Assembly: GCA_003134555.1 (NCBI GenBank)
Contig: PLBO01000151.1
Location: 97,817 to 161,816 of the forward strand
Origin: Actinomycetota bacterium
GTDB lineage: Bacteria; Actinomycetota; Acidimicrobiia; IMCC26256; PALSA-610
Length of the DNA stretch: 64,000 bases
Direction of reading: 5' to 3'
The notes beneath the pieces were generated by a model. That model saw only the letters and a program-made list of their open reading frames with translations. It ran no database searches and was not told the DNA's origin. Below are positions 9,856-18,994 of this stretch, piece by piece; positions within the stretch are counted from its first letter, which is position 1, and every line of letters begins with the position of its first letter. The position numbers were made by a program, and so were the translations under genes.

Positions 9856-10952
9856 GCACCCCGGCGCTGAGCGAGCCGGCCGGCGTCGGCATCCATCAGG
9901 TGCTGGTCGCGGCGTCGCCGGGCGACGCGATCACGAATATGGCACTCGGTGTTCGGCGCCTCCTGCGCCGCGTCGGCCCCTCGGAGATCTACGCCCGGCA
10001 CATCGCGCCCGCGCTCCACGAGGATGTACTTCCGCTCGAGACCTACGGGTCGCATCAGCCCTCCGGAAGTGTGCTGATCTTCCACGCGTCGATCGGCCAA
10101 GCCGAAGTGCACGAGTTCTTGACGTCTCGGCCGGAACCGCTCGTCCTCGTGTATCACAACGTCACGCCGGGTTGGTACTTCGAACGATACGACCCCGTGT
10201 TCGCGGATCTGCTCGCGCTCGGACGTCGAGAAGTCGAGCGTCTGCGTCCGCGGGTCGTGGGCGCGATCGCCGATTCGCAGTACAACGCGCGCGAGCTCGA
10301 GGAGATGGGCTACTCGGATGTGCGCGTCGTTCCGCCGATCGTCGATCTTCGGCATCTTTCGACGGTCGAACCGCGCGCGTCGACCATGCATCACCTCGCG
10401 TCGCTCGATGGCCCGATCCTGCTCTCGGTCGGCCAGCTGATGCCGCACAAGCGTCCCGACTTCCTCGTGGAGATGATGCACATCGCCGCGACCTACCAAG
10501 AGATGGACGGGTATTTGATGCTCGTCGGACATCAGCGACTCGAGCGTTACGCGCGCGCCATACGGGAGCAGGTCCAAGAGCTCAACCTTTCCGATGTTCA
10601 CGTCGTCGGCGCGGTCGACGAGGCCGACCTGGCCGCGATGTTCCGTTCGGCCGACGCGATCGTGACCGCGAGCGAGCACGAAGGCTTCTGCCTGCCTCTT
10701 CTCGAGGCGATGACGTTCGAGACCCCGATCGTCGCCCGCGCCTGCGCCGCGATACCGGAGACCGTCGGCGCCGCCGCGCTCCTGCTCCCGCCCGATGAGG
10801 GTCCGGTGCTCTTCGCCGAGGCGGTCACGGAGTTGCTTTCCAACGAACCCCTGCAGCGAGAGCTGGTTGCCGGTGGAAGGCGCCGGCTGGCCGAGCTCGA
10901 ACGCTGCCCGCCGGATGCCGCGCTCGTCGAAGCACTGCTCGAGGTCGTCTGA
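9852..10952 (+). CDS. Glycosyltransferase family 4
   Basis: GTGA overlap with the upstream gene. YHNVTP, VGQLMPHK, SEHEGFCLPLLEAM. Confidence 0.9.
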   Translation: MSTPALSEPAGVGIHQVLVAASPGDAITNMALGVRRLLRRVGPSEIYARHIAPALHEDVLPLETYGSHQPSGSVLIFHASIGQAEVHEFLTSRPEPLVLVYHNVTPGWYFERYDPVFADLLALGRREVERLRPRVVGAIADSQYNARELEEMGYSDVRVVPPIVDLRHLSTVEPRASTMHHLASLDGPILLSVGQLMPHKRPDFLVEMMHIAATYQEMDGYLMLVGHQRLERYARAIREQVQELNLSDVHVVGAVDEADLAAMFRSADAIVTASEHEGFCLPLLEAMTFETPIVARACAAIPETVGAAALLLPPDEGPVLFAEAVTELLSNEPLQRELVAGGRRRLAELERCPPDAALVEALLEVV

Positions 10953-12154
10953 TGCGTCTCCTCTATGTCGTGCAGCGCTATGGCGACACGATCGCGGGCG
11001 GCGCCGAGCAACACTGCCGGGAGATGGCCGAGCGGATGGCCCGGCGCGGCCATCACGTCGAGGTCGCCACCACCTGCGCGAAGTCGTACGTCGACTGGGC
11101 CAACGCGTACGAGCCGGGTGAGTCATTCGTCGGTGGCGTGCTCATACATCGGTTCCGCGTCGCGGCGCCGCGCGAGAGCACACGGTTCAACGAGCTGAAT
11201 CGGCGCCTGGTGCGCGGGCGCGGTTCGCGCCCGCTGTTCCTCCAAAAGGAATGGATGCGAGAGCAGGGTCCGTGGTCGCCCGACCTGGTCACCTGGCTCG
11301 AGCGCGACGCCAAGCGATTCGATTGCGTGATCTGCTTCACGTACCTCTACTGGACGACCTGGGCGGCGCTCGACGCCCTGCGCGGCCTCGTTCCTTTGGT
11401 CCTGCATCCGACCGTGCACGACGAACCGCCATTGCGGCTCTCGTTGTTCGACGAGGTGTTCCACGCACCGGACGCATTCGCACTTTCGGCACCCGAGGAG
11501 CTCGACCTCATTCGCTCGCGGTTCGGCTTCGACCCGCCGTGCGAGGTGGTCGGCATCGGAGTCGAGGTGGGTACGGCGGAACCGGAACGATTCCGCGCGG
11601 CCTACGGACTCGGAGCCAAGCCGTATCTGCTCTACGTCGGCCGCATCGACGAAGGCAAGGGTGCGCTCGCGCTCGTCGACTTCTTCGTTGCCTACAAAGA
11701 ACGTCATCCGACCGACGACCTCGCGCTCGTGCTGGTCGGTGACGACCTGATCCAGATTCCCGAACGCGACGACATCGTCGTCACCGGGTTCGTCGACTAC
11801 CAGACTCGCGACGACGCCCTGGCCGGCGCGCTCGCGCTCGCGCAACCGTCGTTCTTCGAGAGCTTCTCGATGATCTTGACCGAAGCCTTCGCGTTCGCGC
11901 GACCCGCGCTCGTGCAAGGCAAGTGCGAGGTGCTCAACGGACACGCGCAGCGCAGCAATGCGGCGATTCCGTACGACAGCTACGCGGAGTTCGAAAGCGC
12001 GGTAGAGATGTTCCGCGACGACCCGGCGCTCGCCGACGCGATGGGCGCCGCCGGACGCGCGTATGTCGAGCGGGAGTACACCTGGGATGCGGTGCTCGAC
12101 CGTTACGAGGCCTTGCTCGAACGCACGGCGAGGCTCGTGAAAGACGACGTCTAG
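10952..12154 (+). CDS. Glycosyltransferase family 4
   Basis: QRYGDTIAGGAE, LYVGRIDEGKG, PSFFESFSMILTEA. Confidence 0.92.
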   Translation: MRLLYVVQRYGDTIAGGAEQHCREMAERMARRGHHVEVATTCAKSYVDWANAYEPGESFVGGVLIHRFRVAAPRESTRFNELNRRLVRGRGSRPLFLQKEWMREQGPWSPDLVTWLERDAKRFDCVICFTYLYWTTWAALDALRGLVPLVLHPTVHDEPPLRLSLFDEVFHAPDAFALSAPEELDLIRSRFGFDPPCEVVGIGVEVGTAEPERFRAAYGLGAKPYLLYVGRIDEGKGALALVDFFVAYKERHPTDDLALVLVGDDLIQIPERDDIVVTGFVDYQTRDDALAGALALAQPSFFESFSMILTEAFAFARPALVQGKCEVLNGHAQRSNAAIPYDSYAEFESAVEMFRDDPALADAMGAAGRAYVEREYTWDAVLDRYEALLERTARLVKDDV

Positions 12155-12184
12155 ATGTAGAGCGCGGTCGCCCGTGTGGACGGT

Positions 12185-13492
12185 CTACAACGTCTCGCCG
12201 CGAAAGCCGGTGCCGCGCAGTCGCCCCCGGGTGTCGAGGACGAGCCGGGCGTGCTCGGCAATGTCGTCGTAAGGCAAGTCGGGATGGTCGACGCACAACA
12301 CGACGAGGTCGGCCGCCGCGATCTCTTCGACCGTGCATTCGACGCGCGGCGTCGGCGGACCGAGGCGGGCGTCGGCCGGGACGTGCGCGTCGTGCGCGCG
12401 CACATCGGCTCCGAGGGCGAGGAGTTGCTCGGCGATGGCCATCGCCGGAGATTCGCGCCAGTCGCTCGTTCCCGGCTTGTAGGCGAGACCGAGCAACAAG
12501 ATGCGGGAGCCGTTGACGGCGCGCCGCTCCTTGTTCAGCAGCGAGATGATGCGGCTGACGACGTACTCGGGCATGCCGCGGTTGACCTCGTTCGCGAGCT
12601 CGACGAAGCGGAAGCGGTGTCCGAGCTGCCGCTCGACCCGCCACGCGAGGTACGAGGGATCGATCGGGAGGCAGTGGCCGCCGACCCCTGGCCCCGGTGT
12701 GAACCGCATGAAGCCGTACGGCTTGGTTGCGGAGGCGTCGATCGCCGACCAGATGTCGACGCCGAGGTCGCGCGCGAACATCGCGAGCTCGTTGACGAGG
12801 GCGATGTTCACGTGGCGGAATGTGTTCTCGAGCAGTTTGGTGAGCTCGGCTTCGCCGGTCGATGCGACCGGAACGATCTTGTCGACGATGCTCTCGTAGA
12901 ACGCTTCGACTGCCGAGAGCGAATTGGGACCGACGCCCGAGACGACCTTCGGGGTGTTCACGAACGTCCAAATGGTGTTACCGGGGTCGATCCGCTCCGG
13001 CGAGTAACCGATGAAGAAGTCGACCTCGGCCCGCAGCCCCCCGGCTTCGAGAATCGGCCGCAGGAGCTCCTCGGTCGTTCCGGGGTACGTGGTCGACTCG
13101 AGCACCACGAGCGCGCCGGGCGACAGGAAGCGGGCGAGGTCGCGCCCGGCCGCCTCGATGAAGGAGAGGTCGGGGGTTCCTTCGTCGAGGGGGGTCTGCA
13201 CGGTGATGACTGCGATATCGAAGTCGCGCAGATCATCGACGTCACACGAGGGCACGTAGCCGGCCCGGAGCGCCTCGGCGAGTTGGGCGTCGGGGACGTC
13301 CTCGACGTACGAACGACCGGCGCGCAACTCGTCGATGCGCGCCGGAGTGACGTCGTAGCCGACGACGGGGAACGCCATCTCCGCCGCGCGTATCGCGACT
13401 GGCAACCCGACGTATCCCTGACCGACCACGACGACCTTGGCCTGACGGTCCTCGATCCGAGACTTCAGCCGGCGCAGCTCCGGCAGCGTCAT
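12185..13492 (-). CDS. Nucleotide-sugar (UDP-N-acetylhexosamine) 6-dehydrogenase, WecC/TviB family
   Basis: GQGYVG Rossmann motif, LESTTYPGTT, YSPERIDPG, catalytic GGHCLPIDP. Confidence 0.93.
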   Translation of the reverse strand: MTLPELRRLKSRIEDRQAKVVVVGQGYVGLPVAIRAAEMAFPVVGYDVTPARIDELRAGRSYVEDVPDAQLAEALRAGYVPSCDVDDLRDFDIAVITVQTPLDEGTPDLSFIEAAGRDLARFLSPGALVVLESTTYPGTTEELLRPILEAGGLRAEVDFFIGYSPERIDPGNTIWTFVNTPKVVSGVGPNSLSAVEAFYESIVDKIVPVASTGEAELTKLLENTFRHVNIALVNELAMFARDLGVDIWSAIDASATKPYGFMRFTPGPGVGGHCLPIDPSYLAWRVERQLGHRFRFVELANEVNRGMPEYVVSRIISLLNKERRAVNGSRILLLGLAYKPGTSDWRESPAMAIAEQLLALGADVRAHDAHVPADARLGPPTPRVECTVEEIAAADLVVLCVDHPDLPYDDIAEHARLVLDTRGRLRGTGFRGETL

Positions 13493-14439
13493 GGCCGGCC
13501 GGGTTGCGTCTCCGTAGCGACCGGTACCTCGTCGCGGTCGCGCGACACGCGCACGACGAGGTCGGCGAGCAAGCCGATCGCGAAGACCTGGAAGGCGGCG
13601 AAGAGAATGAGCAGCGTGTTCGTCGTGACGCGGAGGTCGTACCGGGTGATGTCGTACACGAGTTTGCCGAGCCCGGCGGCCAACAACACGAAGCCGGTCG
13701 GAAGGAAGATGCGAAGCGGGTTGTACGAGAGCACCATGCGGACGACCTGGACGCCGTAGCGACGCGTGTCCTTGATCGGGTGGAACTTGGATTGACCGGC
13801 CCGCTTGCCGTATTCGATGGGGATGTACTTCACCGAGTACCCGCCGGAGAGAAATGTCATGGTCATCGTGGTGACGCACGAGAAGCCCGGAGGTAGATGG
13901 CGAAGGTACTGGCGGGCGACGTCGGTTCGAAACGCGCGGAAGCCGGAGTTGAGATCGGGGATCTTGGTCTTCGTGAGGAAGCTCGCGAGCCGGCGGATCA
14001 ACCATTTGGCGGGAACCCGCAGGCTCTTCATGGTGCCCTGCTCGGTCGTGCGCGCGCCGACGACCTGGTCGTACCCGTCGAGCTCCTTCACGAGCCGAGG
14101 AATGGTGTCGTTGGGGTACGTCATGTCGACGTCGGTCCACACGGTGACCCGGCCGCGCGCAGCCGCGGTTCCGGCCTTGCGCGCCGATCCCGAGCCTCGG
14201 TTCTGCAGGAAGCGGATGACGCGCAGGCCGCCGATCGCTTCGGCGGCCGCGCCCGAACCATCCGACGATCCGTCGTCGACGACGATAATCTCGTAGTCGT
14301 AGTCGGACGCGTTCATGGCAGCCCGAATGCGGTCTACTTCCTGCTTGAGGTGCTCGACCTCGTTGTACACCGGCAGGATGATCGACACGTCGAGTTCGGC
14401 GCTGGCGGCAGGAGCGCCGAGTGACGCGTGCTCAGTCAT
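13489..14439 (-). CDS. Glycosyltransferase family 2 (polyprenyl-phosphate sugar synthase-like, two C-terminal TM helices)
   Basis: ILPVYNE, VDDGSSD, TDVD (DxD), DLNSGFRAF and a hydrophobic C-terminus. Confidence 0.9.
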   Translation of the reverse strand: MTEHASLGAPAASAELDVSIILPVYNEVEHLKQEVDRIRAAMNASDYDYEIIVVDDGSSDGSGAAAEAIGGLRVIRFLQNRGSGSARKAGTAAARGRVTVWTDVDMTYPNDTIPRLVKELDGYDQVVGARTTEQGTMKSLRVPAKWLIRRLASFLTKTKIPDLNSGFRAFRTDVARQYLRHLPPGFSCVTTMTMTFLSGGYSVKYIPIEYGKRAGQSKFHPIKDTRRYGVQVVRMVLSYNPLRIFLPTGFVLLAAGLGKLVYDITRYDLRVTTNTLLILFAAFQVFAIGLLADLVVRVSRDRDEVPVATETQPGRP

Positions 14440-14504
14440 GGACGGCCAGCCTACGCGACGATTTCGCCGGAGGATGGGTTGCGCAGGTGCGAGAAGGTCT
14501 GTCG

Positions 14505-16589
14505 ATGACTCGGGAAGACACTGAGCGCACGGCCGACGACGAGGATTCGGCCGGGAGCTCACCCCCGATCTGGTTGCGATCGTTCGCCTTGGCTTCGGCA
14601 GCGGGCGTCCTGACCTTCGGGTCGGTCGGGTTGCTCCTGGCTGTGAACGGCTGGTACCGGCCCGCGCTGGCCTTTCCGGTCGGTGCGGTTGTGTGGATCG
14701 CGGTGCTCGCGTTGGCGCGGCCTGCGCTCGTGTCCGAGGCGACCGTCTCGCGCGACGCGCACGTATACGCCGCCGTCGGTGTTGCTGCGATCCTCGCGAT
14801 CACGGCATGGAACGCGGCGCACGCGTCGCAACATGTTCTGGTCAATCGTGACGGCGGTTCGTACGCCAACACCGCGCGTTGGATCGCGCGTGACGGTTCA
14901 CTGGCTGTGAAGCCGCGCGTCGGTCCGTTCGCGAACCCGCCGACGGTGGGGTTCGAGTCGTTTGCCGTCTATCAGATGCCCGACGGAACATTGCAGTTCC
15001 AGTTCGCGCATCTCCTCCCGGTCGTAATGGCCGAGGCTTTCGCCATCGGAGGTGACGCCGGCCTCTTCCATGCCCCCGAGGTGCTCGGCGGGATCGCGTT
15101 GCTCGCTTTCTACGTGCTCGCGTGGCGACTCCTTCGCCGTCCCCTCTTCGCGCTCGCGGCCATGCTCGCGCTCGCATTCATCATTCCGCAGGTCTCGTTC
15201 TCCCGCGATTCGTATTCCGAGATCCCGTCGCAGATCCTGTTGTTCACGGCGCTCTGGCTACTCGTCACGCCGCGGTTCTTGCCAACGTGGCGGGTCGCGC
15301 TCGCGAGCGGTCTGTTCCTCGGCGCGCTCGAGGCCACGCGAATCGACGCGATCGTCTTTCTGATCGGCGTCCCCGCGCTGTTGGCCGTCGCGTGGTTGCG
15401 CGCCGATCGCGATGTTCGTCGTCGCGCCGTGCTGCCCGCGATCTGCGCGTTCGTCGCCGGGCTGGTTCCCGGTTTGACACTGGGATTGATCGACCTCACT
15501 CGTCACAGCGGGAAGTACTACGGCGACCTCTCGCACAACGTGCGCACGCTCATCCTGGTCGCGATCGGATCCGCCGTCGTGTGCGCGATCGCGGTCGCGG
15601 CTGGTTCCTGGCCGAACTTGGTTCGCGGCCTGCGCAGACTTCCCTGGCCGGCACTCGCGACCGCGGCCGGGGTGCTGGCCGGGTGCGCGGGATTCTTCGC
15701 TTGGTTCGTACGGCCGCGCATCCAACACTTGCACGGCGCGTCGATCGGGCTCGTCGGCGGTCTCCAGGCCGCCGAGCACGTAGCCGTCGATCCGACGCGT
15801 ACCTACTTCGAGCGTTCGTTGGTCTGGATGAGCTGGTACCTCGGGCCGCTCACGCTGGCCGCGGCCATCGTCGCCGCCGCCCTGCTCGTTCGGCAACTGT
15901 TGCTCGGGCGCATGACCAGGGTCATCGGTGTCCTGGTCGTGCTCGCGCCCGGGAGCGTGTTGTATCTCTACAAGGCCGACGCCGTTCCCGATCACGTATG
16001 GGTCACGCGGCGATTCCTCGTCAGCGCGTTCCCGCTGCTGATCCTCCTCGCGCTCGGTCTGGCCGCGGCGTGCGCCGGTACACGTCTGCGCAATCGGTTC
16101 GGCGCCGCACCTCGATTGGCCGCGGTCGCCTTTGCGGTCCTTGCGGTTGCGTATCCGATGTACACGATCGTCGGACTGCGCTCGATGACCGATGATCGTG
16201 GCTTCCTCGCGGTCGTCCACGACGCGTGCGCCGACGTCGGCGACCATGCTGCCGTGGTCGTGTTGGAGCGAGACGACAAAGATCTCTTCGACGATTGGAT
16301 ACCGCAGGCTTTGCGGAGTTGGTGCGGCGCCGAGGTGGGTGTCACTCGTGGTCCGGCTCGAGCCGACGCGCTCGGCCGTCTCGCCCGTGCATGGAAAGCG
16401 AGCGGACGGCAGCTCTTCGTCGTTGCCGTGTCGCCCGAAACGGTGCACAAGGTGTTTCCGAAAGCCACGATCACGTCGACGCGTGTCGGCATCAACACGA
16501 AGTTCCTCCGACAGACGTTGACGCACCGGCCCGACTCGTACGCGCGTCAGTCGCTCTCCATGGTGGTCGCGCCGGTCCCGACCGGATAG
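14505..16589 (+). CDS. Large multi-pass membrane protein, putative GT-C glycosyltransferase
   Basis: More than 12 hydrophobic segments, NRDGGSY loop, RDSYSE, TRIDA, RRFL. Divergent from the GT2. Confidence 0.7.
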   Translation: MTREDTERTADDEDSAGSSPPIWLRSFALASAAGVLTFGSVGLLLAVNGWYRPALAFPVGAVVWIAVLALARPALVSEATVSRDAHVYAAVGVAAILAITAWNAAHASQHVLVNRDGGSYANTARWIARDGSLAVKPRVGPFANPPTVGFESFAVYQMPDGTLQFQFAHLLPVVMAEAFAIGGDAGLFHAPEVLGGIALLAFYVLAWRLLRRPLFALAAMLALAFIIPQVSFSRDSYSEIPSQILLFTALWLLVTPRFLPTWRVALASGLFLGALEATRIDAIVFLIGVPALLAVAWLRADRDVRRRAVLPAICAFVAGLVPGLTLGLIDLTRHSGKYYGDLSHNVRTLILVAIGSAVVCAIAVAAGSWPNLVRGLRRLPWPALATAAGVLAGCAGFFAWFVRPRIQHLHGASIGLVGGLQAAEHVAVDPTRTYFERSLVWMSWYLGPLTLAAAIVAAALLVRQLLLGRMTRVIGVLVVLAPGSVLYLYKADAVPDHVWVTRRFLVSAFPLLILLALGLAAACAGTRLRNRFGAAPRLAAVAFAVLAVAYPMYTIVGLRSMTDDRGFLAVVHDACADVGDHAAVVVLERDDKDLFDDWIPQALRSWCGAEVGVTRGPARADALGRLARAWKASGRQLFVVAVSPETVHKVFPKATITSTRVGINTKFLRQTLTHRPDSYARQSLSMVVAPVPTG

Positions 16590-16600
16590 CCGGGGTGTCC

Positions 16601-17296
16601 GTGCAGCTGCGCGAGGATCAGTCCTCGATGTCGAGCGGAGCGGAAGACGGGCGGGACGCGCGCGATACGGCCCGCCCGGCTCGTCCGCTTCCGTCCTGGT
16701 TCGTCACCGGTCTCGTCTCGGCGGTCGCGTGGCCTCGGGCGGCGCGCGCCCGCCGACCACGGCGCCGCGCTCGTTGCAGTGGGTCTGTTCGTCGCGTTCT
16801 TCGCCTTCGCGGGCGCGTTCCACTCGGAGCACTTGTTGGCCGACCGCGATCCCGCGATCTATATCGACACCGGACGCTCGATCGCGCGTACGCATGAGCT
16901 GAAGCCGAAGATCCAGCGCGGCGCGTTCACCGACCGCGTCTTCGGAACGACATACGGACGGTACCGGCCGGACTTCTTCCCGATGCTTCCGGCCTGCTCG
17001 CGATGGGTTGGTCGGTCGGCGGTGATACCGGAATGTTGCTCGTCGGTCCGTTGCTCGGCGCGCTGGGTCTCCTCGCGTGCTACGCGCTGGCCTCACGCGT
17101 CGTGGGCCCGCGCGCCGCATTTGCCACGGCCGTGCCGGACGTCGTGCTGAAGCGTGCGCCCGGTGCCACGATCGTCGGTCACGAGGTGATCTCCGACGAC
17201 GACGAACCCGAGCGGGTTTTCGATCGGGCGCCGCGGCGAAACAAGGCGATCCCGGTCGAGATCTGGCTGCTCCAGGTCCCCGCGAACGGGAGCTGA
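16601..17296 (+). pseudogene. Frameshifted, internally deleted paralog of 14505-16589
   Basis: Fragments in three frames align with the upstream gene (HLLADRDPAIYIDTGRSIAR vs HVLVNRDGGSYANTARWIAR; VGGDTG vs IGGDAG), then jump to a C-terminal-like segment. Confidence 0.7.
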
Positions 17297-17363
17297 GCAG
17301 ATGAGTCCTCGAGCCGACGCCGCGAGTTGCCTGCCGTCCGCCACGTGACCTAGACGCTCACCT

Positions 17364-17807
17364 GTGGGGCTCGTGACCGCGTTGTTGGTGATCGGCATCG
17401 CGTGCGCGATCGCGGCGTGGTTCGTCGTACGGGAGGCGGGCCGGATGGCCGCCGAACCGCCGCCGCCGGTGTTCGACCCCGAAGAGGCATACGAGTGGGT
17501 CGTCGAGCACCTGCCCGACGTCGCCGCCGCCACGCTGACGCCCGACGACGTGCGCCGGATTCTCGAGTTCCAGCTCGAGTACTTCCAACGCAAGGGTGTG
17601 ACGGGCAACGGCTCGTCGTCGCACCCGCCGGGCGATGTCGTCGTCGGCGGGGCCGAGACCGTCGAATACATCCTCGAACGGGCCCTGGCCACGGGGGAGG
17701 AGTATCTGCCCGAACAGGTGCACGCCGTCATCGAGACGCAGCTCGCGTACCTCCGGGCGATTGGCGCCATCGGACCTCCTGCCGGCGGCGGCGCCGCGCC
17801 CGCGTGA
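17364..17807 (+). CDS. Hypothetical protein with N-terminal membrane anchor
   Basis: 147-aa ORF with an N-terminal TM helix, an acidic globular part and typical GC3 bias. Confidence 0.75.
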   Translation: MGLVTALLVIGIACAIAAWFVVREAGRMAAEPPPPVFDPEEAYEWVVEHLPDVAAATLTPDDVRRILEFQLEYFQRKGVTGNGSSSHPPGDVVVGGAETVEYILERALATGEEYLPEQVHAVIETQLAYLRAIGAIGPPAGGGAAPA

Positions 17808-17887
17808 TGAGTCCGCTCGCAAAGAGTTCCACCGGCCGGCCGGATCTGCTACAAATTTGCTACCGGAGAAAGGAGGTGGTCCATCAG

Positions 17888-17929
17888 ATGCACGATAAAT
17901 CTGGGACTTCGGAGGTGCACGGCCGCTAG
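17888..17929 (+). CDS. Small ORF MHDKSGTSEVHGR (13 aa)
   Basis: ATG directly behind an exceptionally strong SD. The stop sits within the ACGGCC-GCTA-GGCCGT hairpin. Confidence 0.5.
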   Translation: MHDKSGTSEVHGR

Positions 17930-18042
17930 GCCGTCGTTCTCGACTGGACCACCTTGCGGAATCCAAACCGCTGCACCACCGTCGTAGCTGCCGGCAATGG
18001 TCCCACTGGCACATAGGCGCGACGGGTCCGAATCAGTCGAAC

Positions 18043-18080
18043 GAACGGGGGGTGCTTCGGCGCCCCCCGTTCACCTTTTC
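18043..18080 (+). terminator. Intrinsic terminator
   Basis: GAACGGGGGGTGC-TTCG-GCGCCCCCCGTTC 13-bp stem (one G-U) with a cUUCGg loop, followed by ACCTTTTC. Confidence 0.8.
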
Positions 18081-18109
18081 GGCTTCGGGCAACAGTAGAT
18101 TCCGCGCGC

Positions 18110-18346
18110 ATGGCCCGGCCCGCGCACTTCGAGCATTACCGCTACCTCGGCGACAAGCGTTCGCAGGTCGTGTACGACCTCGATCTCTACGGCGTCGATC
18201 CCGCCGTGACCGCCGCCGTCGACGGAGTGCTCGCCTCCGAGCGCTTCGTCGCGATCTCGCCCCACACCCTTGCCGAGGCGCGCAACCGGGGTTATCGCCC
18301 GCATCGATCGATCCGCGCGCAGGCGGCGACCGACTCCGATTCTTAG
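18110..18346 (+). CDS. Small hypothetical protein
   Basis: 78 aa. TAGATT -10 lies 8 nt upstream. LAEARNRGYRP motif. Confidence 0.75.
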   Translation: MARPAHFEHYRYLGDKRSQVVYDLDLYGVDPAVTAAVDGVLASERFVAISPHTLAEARNRGYRPHRSIRAQAATDSDS

Positions 18347-18972
18347 GGCTCGGTCGGGTTCCAGCACTCCGCGGGCAGCGCGTCGCGGATGCCCTTGTGC
18401 TTGGCCTCGAACGCGACGTCGGAGAGCACCAGCTCGGACGGCAGCGTCGCGGGGTCGTCCGGGAGCTCGTCGTAGGTGACCCACGAGGTGCAACCGCCGT
18501 ACTCGTCCTTCCAGGGCGCGGCGACGGGCTCGGCGAGCCGGTGCGCGCGCAGCACGAGCACCCACAGCGGGTCGCGCCGCTTCCACTTGAACCTCGACTC
18601 CACGTAGTCGCGCGCCCATACGAGCTTGGAATCGAGCGCGTCGAGATGCTCGGGCTCGGTGATCGTCGCGACGTCGACGATGTCGGCCCAGCCGTGGACG
18701 GTGATCGGTTGGCCGACGGGTGATGCGTCGGCCAGATCGACCCAATGGGCGTATGCCGGCTTGAGCAATCCGGCCTGTTGGTGCTCGGCAGTGGGCGAGA
18801 GCCAGAACCGCCGGGACGTGAGACCGAAGTGGCGCCCGTCCTCGTGCAGCCCGCCTTTGCGGATGTCGACGATCTGCTCGCCCTCGAGGAGTGCGTGAAC
18901 GATCGCCGCCCACTCTTTGAGCGCGGGGGACTTCGACGCGGCAGTGCCCTGGTTCGTGGTCGAGGCGGTCAC
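18343..18972 (-). CDS. DUF1802 family protein
   Basis: ALKEWA, IRKGGLHE, F.L.PT.EHQ and YGGCTSW motifs. TATCCT -10 lies 7 nt before GTG 18972. Confidence 0.85.
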   Translation of the reverse strand: MTASTTNQGTAASKSPALKEWAAIVHALLEGEQIVDIRKGGLHEDGRHFGLTSRRFWLSPTAEHQQAGLLKPAYAHWVDLADASPVGQPITVHGWADIVDVATITEPEHLDALDSKLVWARDYVESRFKWKRRDPLWVLVLRAHRLAEPVAAPWKDEYGGCTSWVTYDELPDDPATLPSELVLSDVAFEAKHKGIRDALPAECWNPTEP

Positions 18973-18994
18973 GCGGGCCAGGATAACCACCGAC

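Larger units (their letters stand above)
17863..18080 (+). ncRNA. Candidate structured small RNA / leader with super-Shine-Dalgarno and 13-aa ORF
   Basis: AGAAAGGAGGTGGTCCA (17867-17883), internal complement TGGACCACCTT (17945-17955), several stems and a terminal hairpin. The 5' boundary is approximate. Confidence 0.55.

Noticed and set aside
17867-17883. Possible 16S rRNA 3'-end fragment on the minus strand
   Set aside because: Similarity stops after 17 nt; the flanks do not continue rRNA sequence.
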